A DNA stretch of 64,000 nucleotides. Origin: Octopus sinensis (lineage: Eukaryota). Within the stretch, counting starts at the first letter, position 1; the number at the start of each line of letters is the position of its first letter. Of this stretch, positions 38,070-51,353 are shown one piece after another. The position numbers were made by a program, and so were the translations under genes. The stretch lies in NCBI RefSeq assembly GCF_006345805.1, contig NC_043009.1, positions 8,060,001 to 8,124,000 of the forward strand, given 5' to 3'. The notes under the pieces were generated by a model, which was not told the origin of the DNA, did not search any database, and worked only from the letters and a program-made list of their open reading frames with translations.

Positions 38070-38357
38070 GTGTGTGTATATATATGTGTGTATATATAAT
38101 GTGTGTTTGTGTATTTTATTAGTTTCATTCATTAGTCAGGGGCTATTTTGGGATGCCATGTTCAAGGGCTTCTTTTCATCAGATATATCACCTCAACCCC
38201 AGTATTTATTTTAGTCTGGTACTTATTTGATCAATTCCTACTTGTTGGTCCAGTAATTTGTATGTAAAGGCACAAAAAATATTAGATAGTGGTATTTAGA
38301 CTGATTTAATCATACACACAGAGTGAACACACACACACACTGGCTTAATACAGTTCC

Positions 38358-38836
38358 TTATTTCTTTACTGCCCACAAGGGACTAAACACAGAGAGGACA
38401 AACAAGGACAGACAAACAGATTAAGTCAATTATATCGACCCAAGTGCATAACTGGTACTTATTTAATCGACCCTGAAAGGATGAAAGGCAAAGTTGACCT
38501 TGGTGGAATTTGAACTCAGAACATAAAGACAGACGAAATACTGCTAAGCATTTCACCCGCCATGCTAACATTTCTGCCAGCTTGCCGCCTTAATATAGTT
38601 TCTGGCTCAATACAGTTTCTTATTTCTTTATTGCCCACAAGAGGACAAACAAGGACAGACAGAGAGATTAAGTCGATTATATTGACCCCAGTGCATAACT
38701 GGTACTTAATTTATTGACCCTGAAAGGATGAAAGGTAAAGTCGATCTCGGCGGAATTTGAACTCAGAATGTAACGGCAGACGAAATACCGCTAAGTATTT
38801 TGCCCGGCGTGCAAACGTTTCTGCCAGCTCGTCGCC
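38358..38836 (-). mobile_element. Two tandem family-B SINEs (38358-38589, 38620-38836)
   Basis: Both match 15601-15827; each is flanked by ttaatacagtttc-like 13-mers. Confidence 0.92.
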
Positions 38837-39539
38837 TTAATACAGTTTCTGGCTTAATACAGTTGGTCTGAGACAATAGCATAAAGTATTCATCTAAAAT
38901 ATCATACAGTGGAGCTAGATTCAAAATCACTAGGTTGCAAAAGGAATTTCTTAGAGGCCATGCCTCTGTGTGCATGTGTTTGCATATAGACAAAATGTTC
39001 TACAGTCTGATGGAACAGTGTTTTACTTGAAAACCAATAAGAATTGACCCAGAAAAAGTATTCAGTCATAGAATTCTACCTCAAGAATCTTGTCCAGCCT
39101 ATGTCAGCATGAGTAAAATGATTATAAAAATGGATGCCATCACTCAGTACACACTCTGTAAAGTGGTTGGCTTTAGGAGGGGAATTAACCCTTTTGTTAC
39201 CATATTTCTGTTGAGATGCTCTCTGTTTCTTTCAATTCTAAATACAACAAAGAATTTAGTAAAATATGTGTGTGTGTGTGTGTGTGTGTGTAGGACCTTG
39301 TTTAGCCCTGCCTGCACTAGATTCAAAATTGAATCCACACACTTGTTTGTTGGGCAAAAATCTGATCCTTTATCCATTATCTCTACGTTGGAAGATTGAT
39401 GGGAAACACTTGACCTCCTAGGACCTTTACTGGTCATGGAAGGGTCACTCCTTTGTTTAAGGTTTCACCTACTTCCTGGTTATATAACCTCATCTTTAAT
39501 ACCCACTCTTATTTACTATCATTGTCATTACTTTATCCC

Positions 39540-39975
39540 ATAGTCTGGCTGACCTTTGGAGCACCACTGATGACTTACTGACCAGATCCCTCCACTCATT
39601 TCTATCCTCTGCCTCTCACACTCTGCCTCTCATCTTTAGGCCTGTGCACTCACAGATATTATTTTCCCACCTCTTTCCTTGTCTGCCTCTCTGTCTTCCA
39701 CCTTTGACTGTTTCCTGAAGGATTGTTTTGGCCATCCCTGATGAGTGTGTCACGTGCTTAAACCACCCGAGCTTGCGTTTCTTTACTGTGGTAAAAAGTT
39801 CCTCATTCAGCCTAATTGCTTGCCTTATTCTTCTTTTCACTTCCTCATTTGTAACACAATCTATGTATGATATTTGTAAAAGTCTCCTGAAGCAATTCAT
39901 CTCTGTAGCCTGGATTCTTCTTTCAGTTTCTGCTGTCAGTGTCCATGTTGCACAGGCATATAGGAAAGCACAGAG
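39540..39975 (-). mobile_element. RTE/BovB-like LINE C-terminal fragment
   Basis: LYACATWTL..ERRIQATEMNCFRRLLQISY...TNEEV...KRKLGWFKHV...GGRQRGRQGKRW. Confidence 0.85.
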
Positions 39976-40303
39976 AAAACAAAAGTTGTCCATCTCTGTC
40001 ATGGTACATCACTTCCTCACCTCCCACATCATCTCCATATTTTCTGATCTATCTACAGAATTTATTATACTGCTGCTCTCCCCCTTCATAAGCCACTCTT
40101 GTTTTTCGACCCACTCTCATACTGATATTTGCCATCTACCACACCTCCACCTTTGTTCCACTCCATTCACTTCTACACCGAATTCCTAGCCTTCTGTCAC
40201 TCTCTTTTTACTCTTCTCCCTAACGAACTTAACCATTTGCCCTTCCTGATTTTTTTTATCCAATCCATGTTCTCTCATACTTGCATCTTGAGTGTATGCT
40301 CTA

Positions 40304-40524
40304 TTTCTTTACTACCCACAAGGGGCTAAACGCAGAGAGGACAAACAAGGACAGACAAACGGATTAAGTCGATTACATCGACCCCAGTGCGTAACTGGTA
40401 CTTAATTTATCGACCCCAAAAGGATAAGTCGACCTCGGCAGAATTTGAACTCAGAACGTAATGGCAGACGAAATATGGCTACGCATTTCGCCCGGTCTGC
40501 TAACGTTTCTGCTAGCTCGCCGCC
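40304..40524 (-). mobile_element. Family-B SINE with 16-bp TSD
   Basis: ttgagtgtatgctcta at 40288-40303 and 40525-40540. Confidence 0.92.
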
Positions 40525-40734
40525 TTGAGTGTATGCTCTAACATCTCATCACTACCATCATCTTCTTTCCTGCTACTCCCACCCACTCATATAATGATGG
40601 GTAGCCATGTTTCTCCTCTATAGAAAGACACCTGTGTCTGTCCCTCTGTTATACTTTTGTCTCTCGGCACCTGCATAAAGCCACCTTCTTCTCTACTACA
40701 GCTTCACTCAACTGAGGATTTTTTTCTTCTTTGT

Positions 40735-40945
40735 CTTGTGAGTTACTTGGCAACTTCTCTAGTGCTGGTACCATGAACAAATAAAAGCCCTCACTACACT
40801 CAGTGAAAGGATTGGCGTTAGGAAGCGTAGCCAACTGTAGAAACCATACCAAAACATGTGTTGGAGTTCAACATAGCCCTTCATTGGATTCTGTCAGACT
40901 GTCCAACCCATGCCAGCATGGAAGATAGTTGCTACATGATAATAA
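40735..40945 (+). mobile_element. Older RTE 3' tail copy (others ~32770-33065, 42410-42590, 44780-45065, 10255-10440)
   Basis: ttggcgttaggaag...gtccaacccatgccagcatggaa. Confidence 0.7.
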
Positions 40946-43900
40946 TAATAATTATGATGTGTGTGTATACAAATATATAGGTTTTATATGTATGTATGAA
41001 TGTATATGAGTATGCATATATACATGGATATATGTAAATGAATGTATATCAATGAATATACATATATGTAAATAAATGTATTAGCATGTGTGTGTGTATA
41101 TGCATATACATACATTCACAAATATATATATATATATATACATAAAAAATATAAATATATATATATGTAAATGAACATATGTATGTATAGGAATATATGT
41201 ACAATCTATGTGTCTTATATATATATATATACATGCATATGGTGTTGTATATGTGTATGTATGTAGTATGTATGTATATATATATAATTCTGATAGTAGT
41301 TACTGGAAATTATTCCATTGCTTAATGCTGTAATTAGATGTTAGATGCTTTCATCTTGAGTATGGCCATAAACAAAACTATAAAAAATAATATAAAAAAG
41401 CAACAAGAGGTTAACAATAAAATAAATATAAGAATTCTAATAGAAAATATATAGTGAGCCAACCATAAATATGTTTTTGCATGTGTGAGTTGATAAGTGT
41501 ATGTGTGTCTGTGTTAGTATGTGTGCATCTGTAGTTGTATAAATTAATGTAAATGTGTATATTTTGCTGGAAGTGAAGGTATGTATAAACTATAATCTGC
41601 AGATATATCTTGATGTGTGTGGGTGGGTTGTATGAATATATATGCTTGTAGGTGTCTGTAACTGTGTAGCAATCACAGGAAATGTGGCCTTGGATAAAAT
41701 TGCATTTGTATGTGTGTTAAGGCAAAAATATATGAAGTTTAGAATCTGCTGAAATCTAATATATATATATATATGTTTGTCTGTATAAATATGTATACGT
41801 TTCTGTGTGTTTGTATGAGTTTGTGTAAATCTTTATGTTGAGGCGAAGGTATATAGCAAAAATCTACAAATATGTTTGTATACGTATACATGTGTTTCCA
41901 TGTGCCTAAATGTGTATGAACCTGTAAATGCGGATCTATATAACTGTACATATGTGAGTATTAAAGCAAAGCTGTATAATAATATTTAGAATATGTTGGA
42001 AACTAATGTATGTTTGTAGAGTTTATAGATGTAAGTGTTCGTTTAGGTTACATGAGTCTGTCTGTCTGTGTAAATGTGTATGTTGATTCATAAGCTTATA
42101 ATATCGAGAATCTACTGAAATCTTGTCTGTGTGTATGAAGCTGTGTAAAATGCCCATGTCTGTAAATCCTTTAATCATTTTTATTTTATTGTTCTTTGTC
42201 AACAATAATTTCATAATATTAGATTTAATACAGACATACATTCACAGCATGGTATGATTCTTATATATATATATTCATAGATACAAATATACACACACAA
42301 CCCCATACATATGCACATATATACATATGAACATGCAGTCCACATAAACATACATGTAGATGTAAATATATACACTATATACACATAAGCCCATACATCC
42401 ATAGTAGCTGAGTAAAAAGTATTGAGTCCACTCTTCAGAGTGGTTGGTGTTAGGAAGGGCATCCAAGCCTTAAAAACCCTGCCAAAACAGACACAGTAGT
42501 CTGGGGCAGTCTTCTACCTGACTGGCTCCTGTCAACCATTGTACCCATGCATGCATGGAAGATGGACATTAAATGATCATAATGATGCATAGTGTGCAGT
42601 GTGTGTGCTAGTATCTGTGAAGTTGTGACTAGGCATAAGCTTTATAATCATATGACTATGGGTTCAATTCCCATACAGGACAGCATGTCCTACCTCTAAA
42701 CAAGACACTTCATTTCATGTTACTTGAGTCTACTCAGCTTGAATTGTGTGCCAACTAAATAAGTTCCCTCTGACATCCTCAGTGTTCGGCTGTATAGGTC
42801 AAAGGCAGGAGGGATGAGAGGCTGCTTATGCCTACTCGCAACTGCATAGATCTCTAAAACCATTTGCAAAAGCATAGTGCTTGCTACAAAAAGTCAAATT
42901 TACTTGTGAGTGATGGTTATGTGTTTTTGTCATGCATGTGTATAAATATATGTTTGCATATGTATATGATGTACAACAAGCATTACCCTGTTGTACATGG
43001 TAAGGCTCACTTACAACCGTCATAGCTGCCAAGACACACACACACACACATGCACTCAAATTACACATACACACATACAACACACACATACAACACACAC
43101 ATACAAGCTTCATTTAGTTTCTGTCCACCAAATCCATTCGCAAGGCTTTGGTCAGTCTGAGGCTATAGTAGAAGACACTTGCCCCAGATGCTGCTCAGTG
43201 GTATTGAACTTGAGACTACATGGTTGGAAAGGAGTTTCTTAGCCACAAAACCTCTGTGTGTGTGTCTGTGTAAAGATGGCCAACTGGCTTAATTGAAAAA
43301 AATGCCTTTGATAATCATTCTAGCTTCTGGCATTCTGAGTTTAAATCCCATCAAGATCAACCTCCTTTCTGGGCTGATGAACTACCAGTCAAGTACTAGA
43401 GTCATTTCCTCTCTCTCTCTCTCCCCCTCTCTCCACTTTATTGCTCTTAGATTCAGTTATGTTACATTATGAAAAGGCATGGTCAGCCTATCCTTTCTCT
43501 TGGCTTGTAAGTTAACTTGAGAAATTAATCCCTAATTTCTTGAAATTGTTTTTCTTGAAGAATCACTCAGTGTTGTTGCTAATGTTTGTTTTCTTTCTCC
43601 AACTAAATGGGAAATTTCAGTTCATTATGGCACTCAGTACATTATCCTTTGACATTACAACATATATACATATATACACAAGCAAAGTGGCTAGTTAGAA
43701 AAGCTCTAAAAGAGATGAAAGTAGTTACCATACTGAGAAGTAAGGTTTATCACCACATCAATATGGCTTTTCAACGTTACTACCATTTAACTCCTGCTTG
43801 TAATATACACCGGGTGCAGATTGCACCGATAACTGGCTGGTGGAGGCTCTGCCTGGGGTTAAATGGCAGTAATGTCAAACAGCCATATTGATGTGGCGAT

Positions 43901-45092
43901 AAACATGATGTGTGTGTGTAGTGTGCTTGTATATGTATTTATACACACACACACACACATATATAATGAACTTGTTTATATATGTGTGTGTGTGCATCTG
44001 TCAGGCTTTGGTTTCAGGCCAGTATATTGATTTCATTTTGTACCATAATCCTTTAGGTTTTCAATCACTTTCTCACTTACTTTTGTTTCATCTTCTTCCC
44101 TACTTCATGAAGCTTCTGTAGTAACATTGCACACACACAAGCCCCCCCCCCCCGCTCTCTCTCATCTATACATAAACACTTATCTCCTTTCCCCTATCTA
44201 AACAATAAACTAACTCACTCAGTCATTCTTCACCCACACATGCGCACAGTCACTTTTTCCAGCCTTCACACACACACACACTCTCTCTCAGCCACATGCT
44301 GTCTGTCTCTCTTTCTGTTTTACTGTTTCCTGTCCATGGACTAATATCATGCTTAGGCAATCCCTTCAAGGCGGTTGTCATGCTAAGGCAATCCCTTCAA
44401 GGGTTCAGTTGATCATGAATCCCACTACTTATTTCCATTTGATACTTTTTTAATTGAGCTCTACTTGTTGAACTGCTAGGTTGCAAGTCATACCAAAACG
44501 CAACATGAACAACATCATGAATGGTAAAACTTGTTTAAATGTTAACACAATGTGGCACACACACACGCACACACACAATAGGCTTCTGCATCAAATTCCA
44601 CTCACGTGTATTCATCAACTTAAGATTATGATAGAAGATTCTTGCTCAAAGTGCCACATGCAAAGTGTCACATGGTGAAACTAAACATGAAGCTACAGTG
44701 TTGTGAAATAGTCACACATCCATGCCGCTCTCTGTGTACATACATTTACAATCAAGAATGAAACTCATACATACATATAACATCATCATTTAGCATCTGC
44801 TTTCCATGCTGGCATTGGTTAACGAGTTTAACTGGAACTGGTAAGCCGGAGAGCTGTACCAGGTTCCAGTCTGATTTGGTTTGGTTTCTATGGCTGGATG
44901 CTCTTCCTAATGCCAGCGACTTCAAGAGTGTAGTGGGTTCCTTTCACATGTCACTGGCACCAGTCACGATTACAAATTCTTTTGGCTTGATGAGTCTTCT
45001 CAAGCACAGCAAATGGCCAAAGGTCTCGATTGCTTGTCATTGCTTCCATGAGCCCCAACATTCAAAATATGTATTTATATATAAAGCATGAA

Positions 45093-45474
45093 GGTGTAGG
45101 AGTGGCTGTGTGGTAAGTAGCTTGCTTATGAACCACATGGTTCCGGGTTCAGTTCCACTGCGTGGCACCTTGGGCAAGTGTCTTCTGCTATAGCCTTGGG
45201 CCAATCAAAGTCTTGTGAGTGGATTTGGTAGATGGAAACTGAAAGAAGCCCGTTGTATATATATAAGTATGTGTGTGTCTGTGTTTGTCCCCCCAACATC
45301 ACTTGACAACCGATGCTGGCGTGTTTACGTCCTCGTAACTTAGCGGTTCGGCAAAAGAGTCCGATAGAATAAGTACTAGGCTTACAAAGAATAAGTCCTG
45401 TTGTCAATTTGCTCGACTAAAGGCGGTGCTCCAGCATGGCCACAAGCACATGATTGAAACAACTAAAAGAGTAA
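45093..45474 (+). mobile_element. Family-A SINE, full length
   Basis: ggagtggctgtgtggtaagtagcttgc...ccgggttcagttcc...accttgggcaag. Confidence 0.9.
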
Positions 45475-46052
45475 TCCATTCCAAGTCATATAGGATCAAC
45501 TAGTTTCTTGGTTCCTGTGGCATGTATATTCTTCCCTAGATGGGACACTAGTTCATCGTAGGATTACTCATTGTTGCTAGCTGAGTGGACTGAAATGAAG
45601 TGTTTTGCTCAAGAACACAATGCATTGCAGGGTACAAGAATTGAAACCACAATCTTTTGGTCATGAGTCCAACACCCTAACCATCATACGCACACATGCA
45701 TGCACACACACACACGTATTTTTCTCAACCAATCAATAGGCAAATTGAGTATACGTATCAATAATAAACTTATAATAACAATTGGAAACAACTGTAAGTC
45801 AGATTTACTACAAAAAGAAACATATGCAATGATCATTATTTATGCCTTGTCTTATATATCACTCTGTATAAAAACCAGTATAACTGGAGCACAACCAGAG
45901 ATTTACAATATAGCATGGCGATGAACTATAAACTTTTGACCCTGCCACAAGAATATGTAGAGTTCTTTACTAATCCAAACAATATTGTTAGCCTGGTGGA
46001 GATCTTATAAACAATTTTGCCCATATTGAATAATCCCTCATTAATAACTTTG

Positions 46053-46088
<36 letters not shown>

Positions 46089-46448
46089 TATTATAAATAT
46101 ATATATAAAGGCTGTTAATTAAGTAGACATATAGATAACTGGGCGACCTTATATTTTGTTTTAACTCTAAAACTCTTGTTGAGTTGGATTAAAAGATAAA
46201 TGGAACTAACTCTATCTTAATTGTTGGGAACAGATGCTTCGCTGTCCAATCCCCTCCCCAGTCCTCTAACCTCAATCAATGCTATAAATCTTAGATATCC
46301 CTCCACCCACACATGACATTATGTTGTCTTCTGCTATAATACTACCCATCTGAACCAACAAATTCATTCTACGACCAGCAAGGCTCATCAAATCATGAAG
46401 GTGCATATGCTGTTGATTTTTGATTGTTTCTAAATGTTGTGGTTCATG

Positions 46449-46536
46449 AATTTACCTGATGAAACGGTTTTTTTCCTTATCATGTAATGACTCCATTAAT
46501 CAGTTAAAAATTCATTGGAAACAGCTGCAGTGAATT
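46449..46536 (+). ncRNA. Degenerate minimal type I hammerhead ribozyme
   Basis: Stem I aatttac/gtgaatt, CTGATGA 46456-62, GAAA 46518-21, palindromic CAGCTG stem III, but C instead of the conserved U before the cleavage site. Confidence 0.5.
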
Positions 46537-46615
46537 GACACATTATCCATCTATTATAGCAGTTGTCTGTTCGACTTTGCCAGGTAATGTCGGTCGTTTA
46601 TTTATGATGTGTTCA

Positions 46616-46693
46616 GAATCAGTTCTACTGATGAGCATAGACGCATTTTTTATGCGGTAAATGTGAAATCACAGGTGATATAGAACTAAATTC
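46616..46693 (+). ncRNA. Type I hammerhead ribozyme
   Basis: Stem I agttcta/tagaact; CTGATGA 46628-34; stem II gcat/atgt with inner cgcat/atgcg hairpin; GAAA 46665-68; stem III tcac/gtga; AUA triplet, predicted cut after 46680. Confidence 0.85.
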
Positions 46694-46954
46694 ATTTTTT
46701 AAATGTCTTGCTTTGAAAAACTGCATTAGGTATGATTAGTGAAATTTTGGTAGTAATGACTTATGTCCCTCTTAGTGTGAGGCGTTTGTGTGTAATAATG
46801 CCCTCTATACAATATAAATTAATATGTTCAAAAGAAAAAATTATTTTCAAATTTTTCTCTTATGAGGTTTTTTCACGCTAACTACCTGATAATTTCTTGT
46901 TAAGATTCCTTATTAAGAAGTTATCCTTAATTGTTAAAGTTATATATATAAAAC

Positions 46955-47112
46955 AGAGTGGTTGGTGTTAGGAAGGGCATCCAGCCGTAGAAACATTGCC
47001 AGATCAGACTGGGCCTGGTGCAGCCTTCTGGCTTCCCAGACCCCATTGAACCGTCCAACTGATGCTAGCATGGAAAGCGGACGCTAAACGATGATGATGA
47101 TGATGATGATGA
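46955..47112 (+). mobile_element. RTE 3' tail fragment
   Basis: gagtggttggtgttaggaagggcatccagc...(GAT)n. Confidence 0.85.
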
Positions 47113-48344
47113 ATATATAGTTTAATACAGGCTAACACATTTGTTGTTGTGCCTTTGTCTGCTCATGCTCATCCAAATCCATCTCTTCTCTCTTCCATTT
47201 ACATGCAGTTCATTCAGTTTTACATATACAGACATACATAGTCTCTAAAGAACAGAGCTTTGCTTTGTAAACACATGGTTACAGATTCACTCCCACTGTG
47301 AAGCCCCTTCAGAGCAAGCATCCTGTATTGTATCAGTAAGTTGACCAGTATTCTCCAAATAGGTTTTGAAAGAGGAAACTGTGTGGAAACTTGTATGTGT
47401 GTGTGTGTGTTTGGGCTACTAAAAATGCATCAGAAAATACTAGTGTAAATCACTTATGTTGAGTTACCTTCCTGATTGTCAACAGGTAATTTAACCATTT
47501 GATTAGTACAGAGATAAGTTCTGGGTCTGTTGTGGTTGATGATAAAACCATCGAATGCAGTGCTCCAGCATGGCCATGATCCAGTACCTGAAACTAATAA
47601 AATAATAAAAGAATACAGCTTCATACTGTCATTTTCACAGTACTGGGGCTGATTTTTCAATTCTTCATCACAGCGCCCCAGCATGGCTGCAGTCCAATGA
47701 CTTAAACAAGTAAAAGATAAAAAAAAAAGGAAGAAAAAAAGTAACACATGTACTGGTGAATAACAGACTTCCATACACACACACACACATAAACTAGATA
47801 CACAGATACACATTTATATATACGAACGTATATACATAAACCAGATACAGTGTCTCTATAAACAGGACCACAACATAACATAGACATGGTTAATCATCAC
47901 CACCACTCCGACCCTCACCGAGGAATTCCATTTGCACATGTTACTGCCACCCACTACATACACCTCTCACATGCATGAAAGTACAGTGTCCCCCTGAGAC
48001 CCATACCTACAGTCTGACTTGAAGACATACTCCCACACAATTGCCATACACTAACACACACACACACACACTTTCTCTCTTTCCTTCTCTCTCTTTTACT
48101 CAGTCTCTATCAAAACACTCTCTCTGTCTCACTCTACCTTTCACTATTGCACTCTCTAAGTTAATATTTACTCTGTAGTTCTCACTTAAGAGCAATGTTT
48201 AAAAAGTCAGCATAGGATTATGGCGATGGATTTAATACAATTACGTTTGGTTTCTCGGCAATTATTTATTTTAATCAACAGATTAAATCCTAGTATTTTA
48301 AATTTTGCTGTTATTTCCTATCTTTCATTAACAAAATAATCATA

Positions 48345-48700
48345 GACACAGGAGTGGGCTGTGTGGTAAGTAGCTTGCTTACCAACCACATGGCTCCGGG
48401 TTTAGTCCAACTTTTACTATAGCCTTGGGCCAATAAAAGCCTTGTGAGTGGATTTGGTAGATGGAAATTGAAAGAAGCCTGCCGTATATGTATATATGTG
48501 TCCGTGTCTGTCCTCCTACCATCACTTGATAACCAATGTAGGTGTGATTACATCCCCCTAACTTAGCAGTTCAGCAAAAGAGACTAATAGAATAAGTACT
48601 GGGCTTACAAAGAATGTCCTAAGGTAAATTTTTTTTATTAAAGGCGGTGATCCAGCATGGCCACATTCAAATGACTGAAACAAATAAAAAAATAAAAGAA
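48345..48700 (+). mobile_element. Family-A SINE with internal deletion
   Basis: Similarity to 45093-45474. Confidence 0.85.
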
Positions 48701-49214
48701 TATTCAGAATGTTAATATTAGACTTTGATTAACGGACTCAAACCTCAGTATGTTACAGGTATATTGTACAAATTATGCAAGAATTGTAACCATAAAGTTG
48801 AATCTGTTGAAGTGACAACTAAAATATATATCTTGGAAAGGGTATCATTATTTTCTTTTGCTTTTTTTGTCAGGTGACTCTGCTACAGTTAATTTTACAT
48901 CATCTTCTTCGTTATCATCATTATAAGTTATTTACCATGTATGCTTGGGTTGGTCAGGCCTTCTTCAACACAGCATCTAGCAACAGGTTGCAATCCCTTG
49001 GCATCTTGTTGGATTTCATCACTTCTCATGCTGTTGTCCTCTTCCATAGATTCCTTCCACTTGCATTGCTTGACATTTCATCATTGCACCTGTCAACCTT
49101 GTTATGCATCATGTGAATGTACCATTACAACTTACACTCTTGCACACCACTAGAAATGATTCCTTTTATTCCTGTTTTTTCATAGATCATATGGGCCCCA
49201 TCATTTGTTTACAC

Positions 49215-49869
49215 CAGTGGTTCTCAACCAGGGCCAATATGACCCTTGTGGGTCCATATAAATTTTTGTTATTAAAATCTATCTGCAATGGAAATTGGTT
49301 ACACTTCTACAATAGGTGCAAGCATGGCTGTGTGGTAAGAATCTTACTTCCTAACCACATGGTTCCAGCCAGGTTCAGTCCCACTGTGTGGAACCTTGAG
49401 CTAGTGTCTTTCACTATAGCTTCAGGCCAATCAAAGCCTTGTGAATGAATTTGGTATACGGAAACTGAAAGAAGTCTATCATATATATGTATGTGTGTCT
49501 TTGTGTTTGTCCCCCATGACAACAGGTGTTGGTGTGTTAACATCCCTGTAACTTAGCATTTTGACAAAAGAGACCAATAGAATAAATACTATGCTTAAAA
49601 AATAATTACTGGTGTCAATTTGTTCAACTAAAAGTGTTCAAGGTTGTGCTCCAGCTGGGCTGCAGTCAAATGAATGAAACGAATAAAAGAATAAAAGATA
49701 AAAAGAATAATACACAAAATATTTTCGCAATTTTTTGATAGAATTCCCAATAATATTTAACTGTAAAAACATGATTTTTTTAAAGCATCAAATGGCTTGG
49801 AGGGTCCATATGAGTAAAATAGGAATTGAAGGGGTCCCTAGGTTAAAAAAACAGGGGCCCGAAACACTG
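49215..49869. mobile_element. hAT-like MITE containing a nested family-A SINE (49315-49708)
   Basis: cagtggttctcaacc ... gaaacactg ends; 8-bp TSD gtttacac/ctttacac (7/8). Confidence 0.8.
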
Positions 49870-50049
49870 CTTTACACTATCATTATATATTCAATGGAGC
49901 ATGCTTGCTTTAGTCCTTTCAAACCTTTACCATTTTGTTCCATTCAGCGTCAGCATTTTGCTACCATGCAGCATTCTATTGAGTAACAAATATCATTCAA
50001 AAAGAGATTCCCTTCGTTACAAGTACATGTAATAGATCACTCAGTGTTT

Positions 50050-50400
50050 TTTTACATCCATTCCTGCTCACTGATTATTATGCATTTGGAATATTCTCCT
50101 TCACTGCTAATTGGGTTACCTACTTTGAAAAAGCTATCAGTTATGTCTAGGGAGCCTCCTAAGCATTAAGCATTTGAAAGAATTTATTTTTTGGGTGCTG
50201 TTGTACTAATTACTTCTGCATAACTATTACATGTCAAGTTTATTTTCTCTATCAACCTGACTGTGATCCCACTACACATCCTGCACACCCCTGGTTTACA
50301 TTATGTGCACAGTATGGAACTTCCGCATCTTAGGTTTCTAAGGTAAATTTCACAAGGTGAATCAAGACCACTTTCTGGTCCTGGGAAGGTAGGGGAGACT
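50050..50400 (-). mobile_element. Highly decayed RTE RT fragment
   Basis: Minus strand reads GSLDITDSFFKVGNPISSEG (cf. KLEVVDSFRYLGDQVSSG) and upstream SSILCT*CK (cf. NSIRCTKCK). Confidence 0.45.
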
Positions 50401-51236
50401 CCTTTCGAAATTCAAAGAGGCAAGGAGGTTATTCATTTGGGAGAATCTTAGCAAATAGTCACAAGGTCCTTCTTTGCATGCTCCTTTTCTACAAATTGTG
50501 TATAGCCATAACCATACTCACCTTTCTCAGGAGAGACATGTCTTTTATCTTGTTAACTAAAACTGTCAGTCACCTAATCAACAGTAGGACAGGGTAGGGA
50601 AAGTTCAAGGAGCTATTACTTTCACAGTTTACTAAGTATAATAAGGTTTATTCTCTGGACGAAAAATAGATGGTATGATGTCACATGGTATTGGGACATG
50701 GGTACTAGTTGCAGAGGGAGTACAAATGCTGGAAAGAAACTAAAGCAAATGTGCTTCATTGGATGTGTAATATTTATGTACATGAATGATGGAGCAGAAA
50801 TTAGTTGAGAAAATATTAGTATAAGAGGAATTGGATGTAGTGTTCAAAGAGAGAGGGTTGTGGTGGTATATACACATAACTGGCCCTTCTTTGCTTACAG
50901 CAATGAAGGTTCCAACTGATCTGATCAACAGAACAGCCTGGCTCATGGAATTAATGTGCAAGTGGCTGGGCACTCCACGGACATGCTTACCCTTAATGTA
51001 GTTCTTGGAGATTCAGCATGACAGAGTGGACAAGGCTGGGTTTTTGAATTACAGGTATAACTCATTTTTGCCAGAAACCTGATCTTAGGACACTGAACCT
51101 CATTGGGAAGATTGTGATCTGTGGTGGAATGCTGTGGCAGGAGTTGACTTGTACAACCCATGCAAACAGAATAATGGATGTAGAAATGATGATGCTCATG
51201 TGTGTATACATACATGTATGATTATGTATGTATGTG

Positions 51237-51272
<36 letters not shown>

Positions 51273-51353
51273 TTTTTACATTGGAATATGAAGTACATAT
51301 GATGTTTAAATATTGGGTTAAAAATCTCCTTGAATGGAAAAAATTGAATTATG

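Larger units (their letters stand above)
46108..46942 (+). mobile_element. (TA)n-flanked non-coding element carrying hammerhead motifs (PLE pseudo-LTR or retrozyme-like)
   Basis: TA tracts on both sides, no ORF, two CTGATGA...GAAA cores on the same strand; boundaries inferred. Confidence 0.5.

Noticed and set aside
44348-44402. 24-bp direct repeat catgctWaggcaatcccttcaagg
   Set aside because: Ordinary local slippage duplication within a decayed SINE
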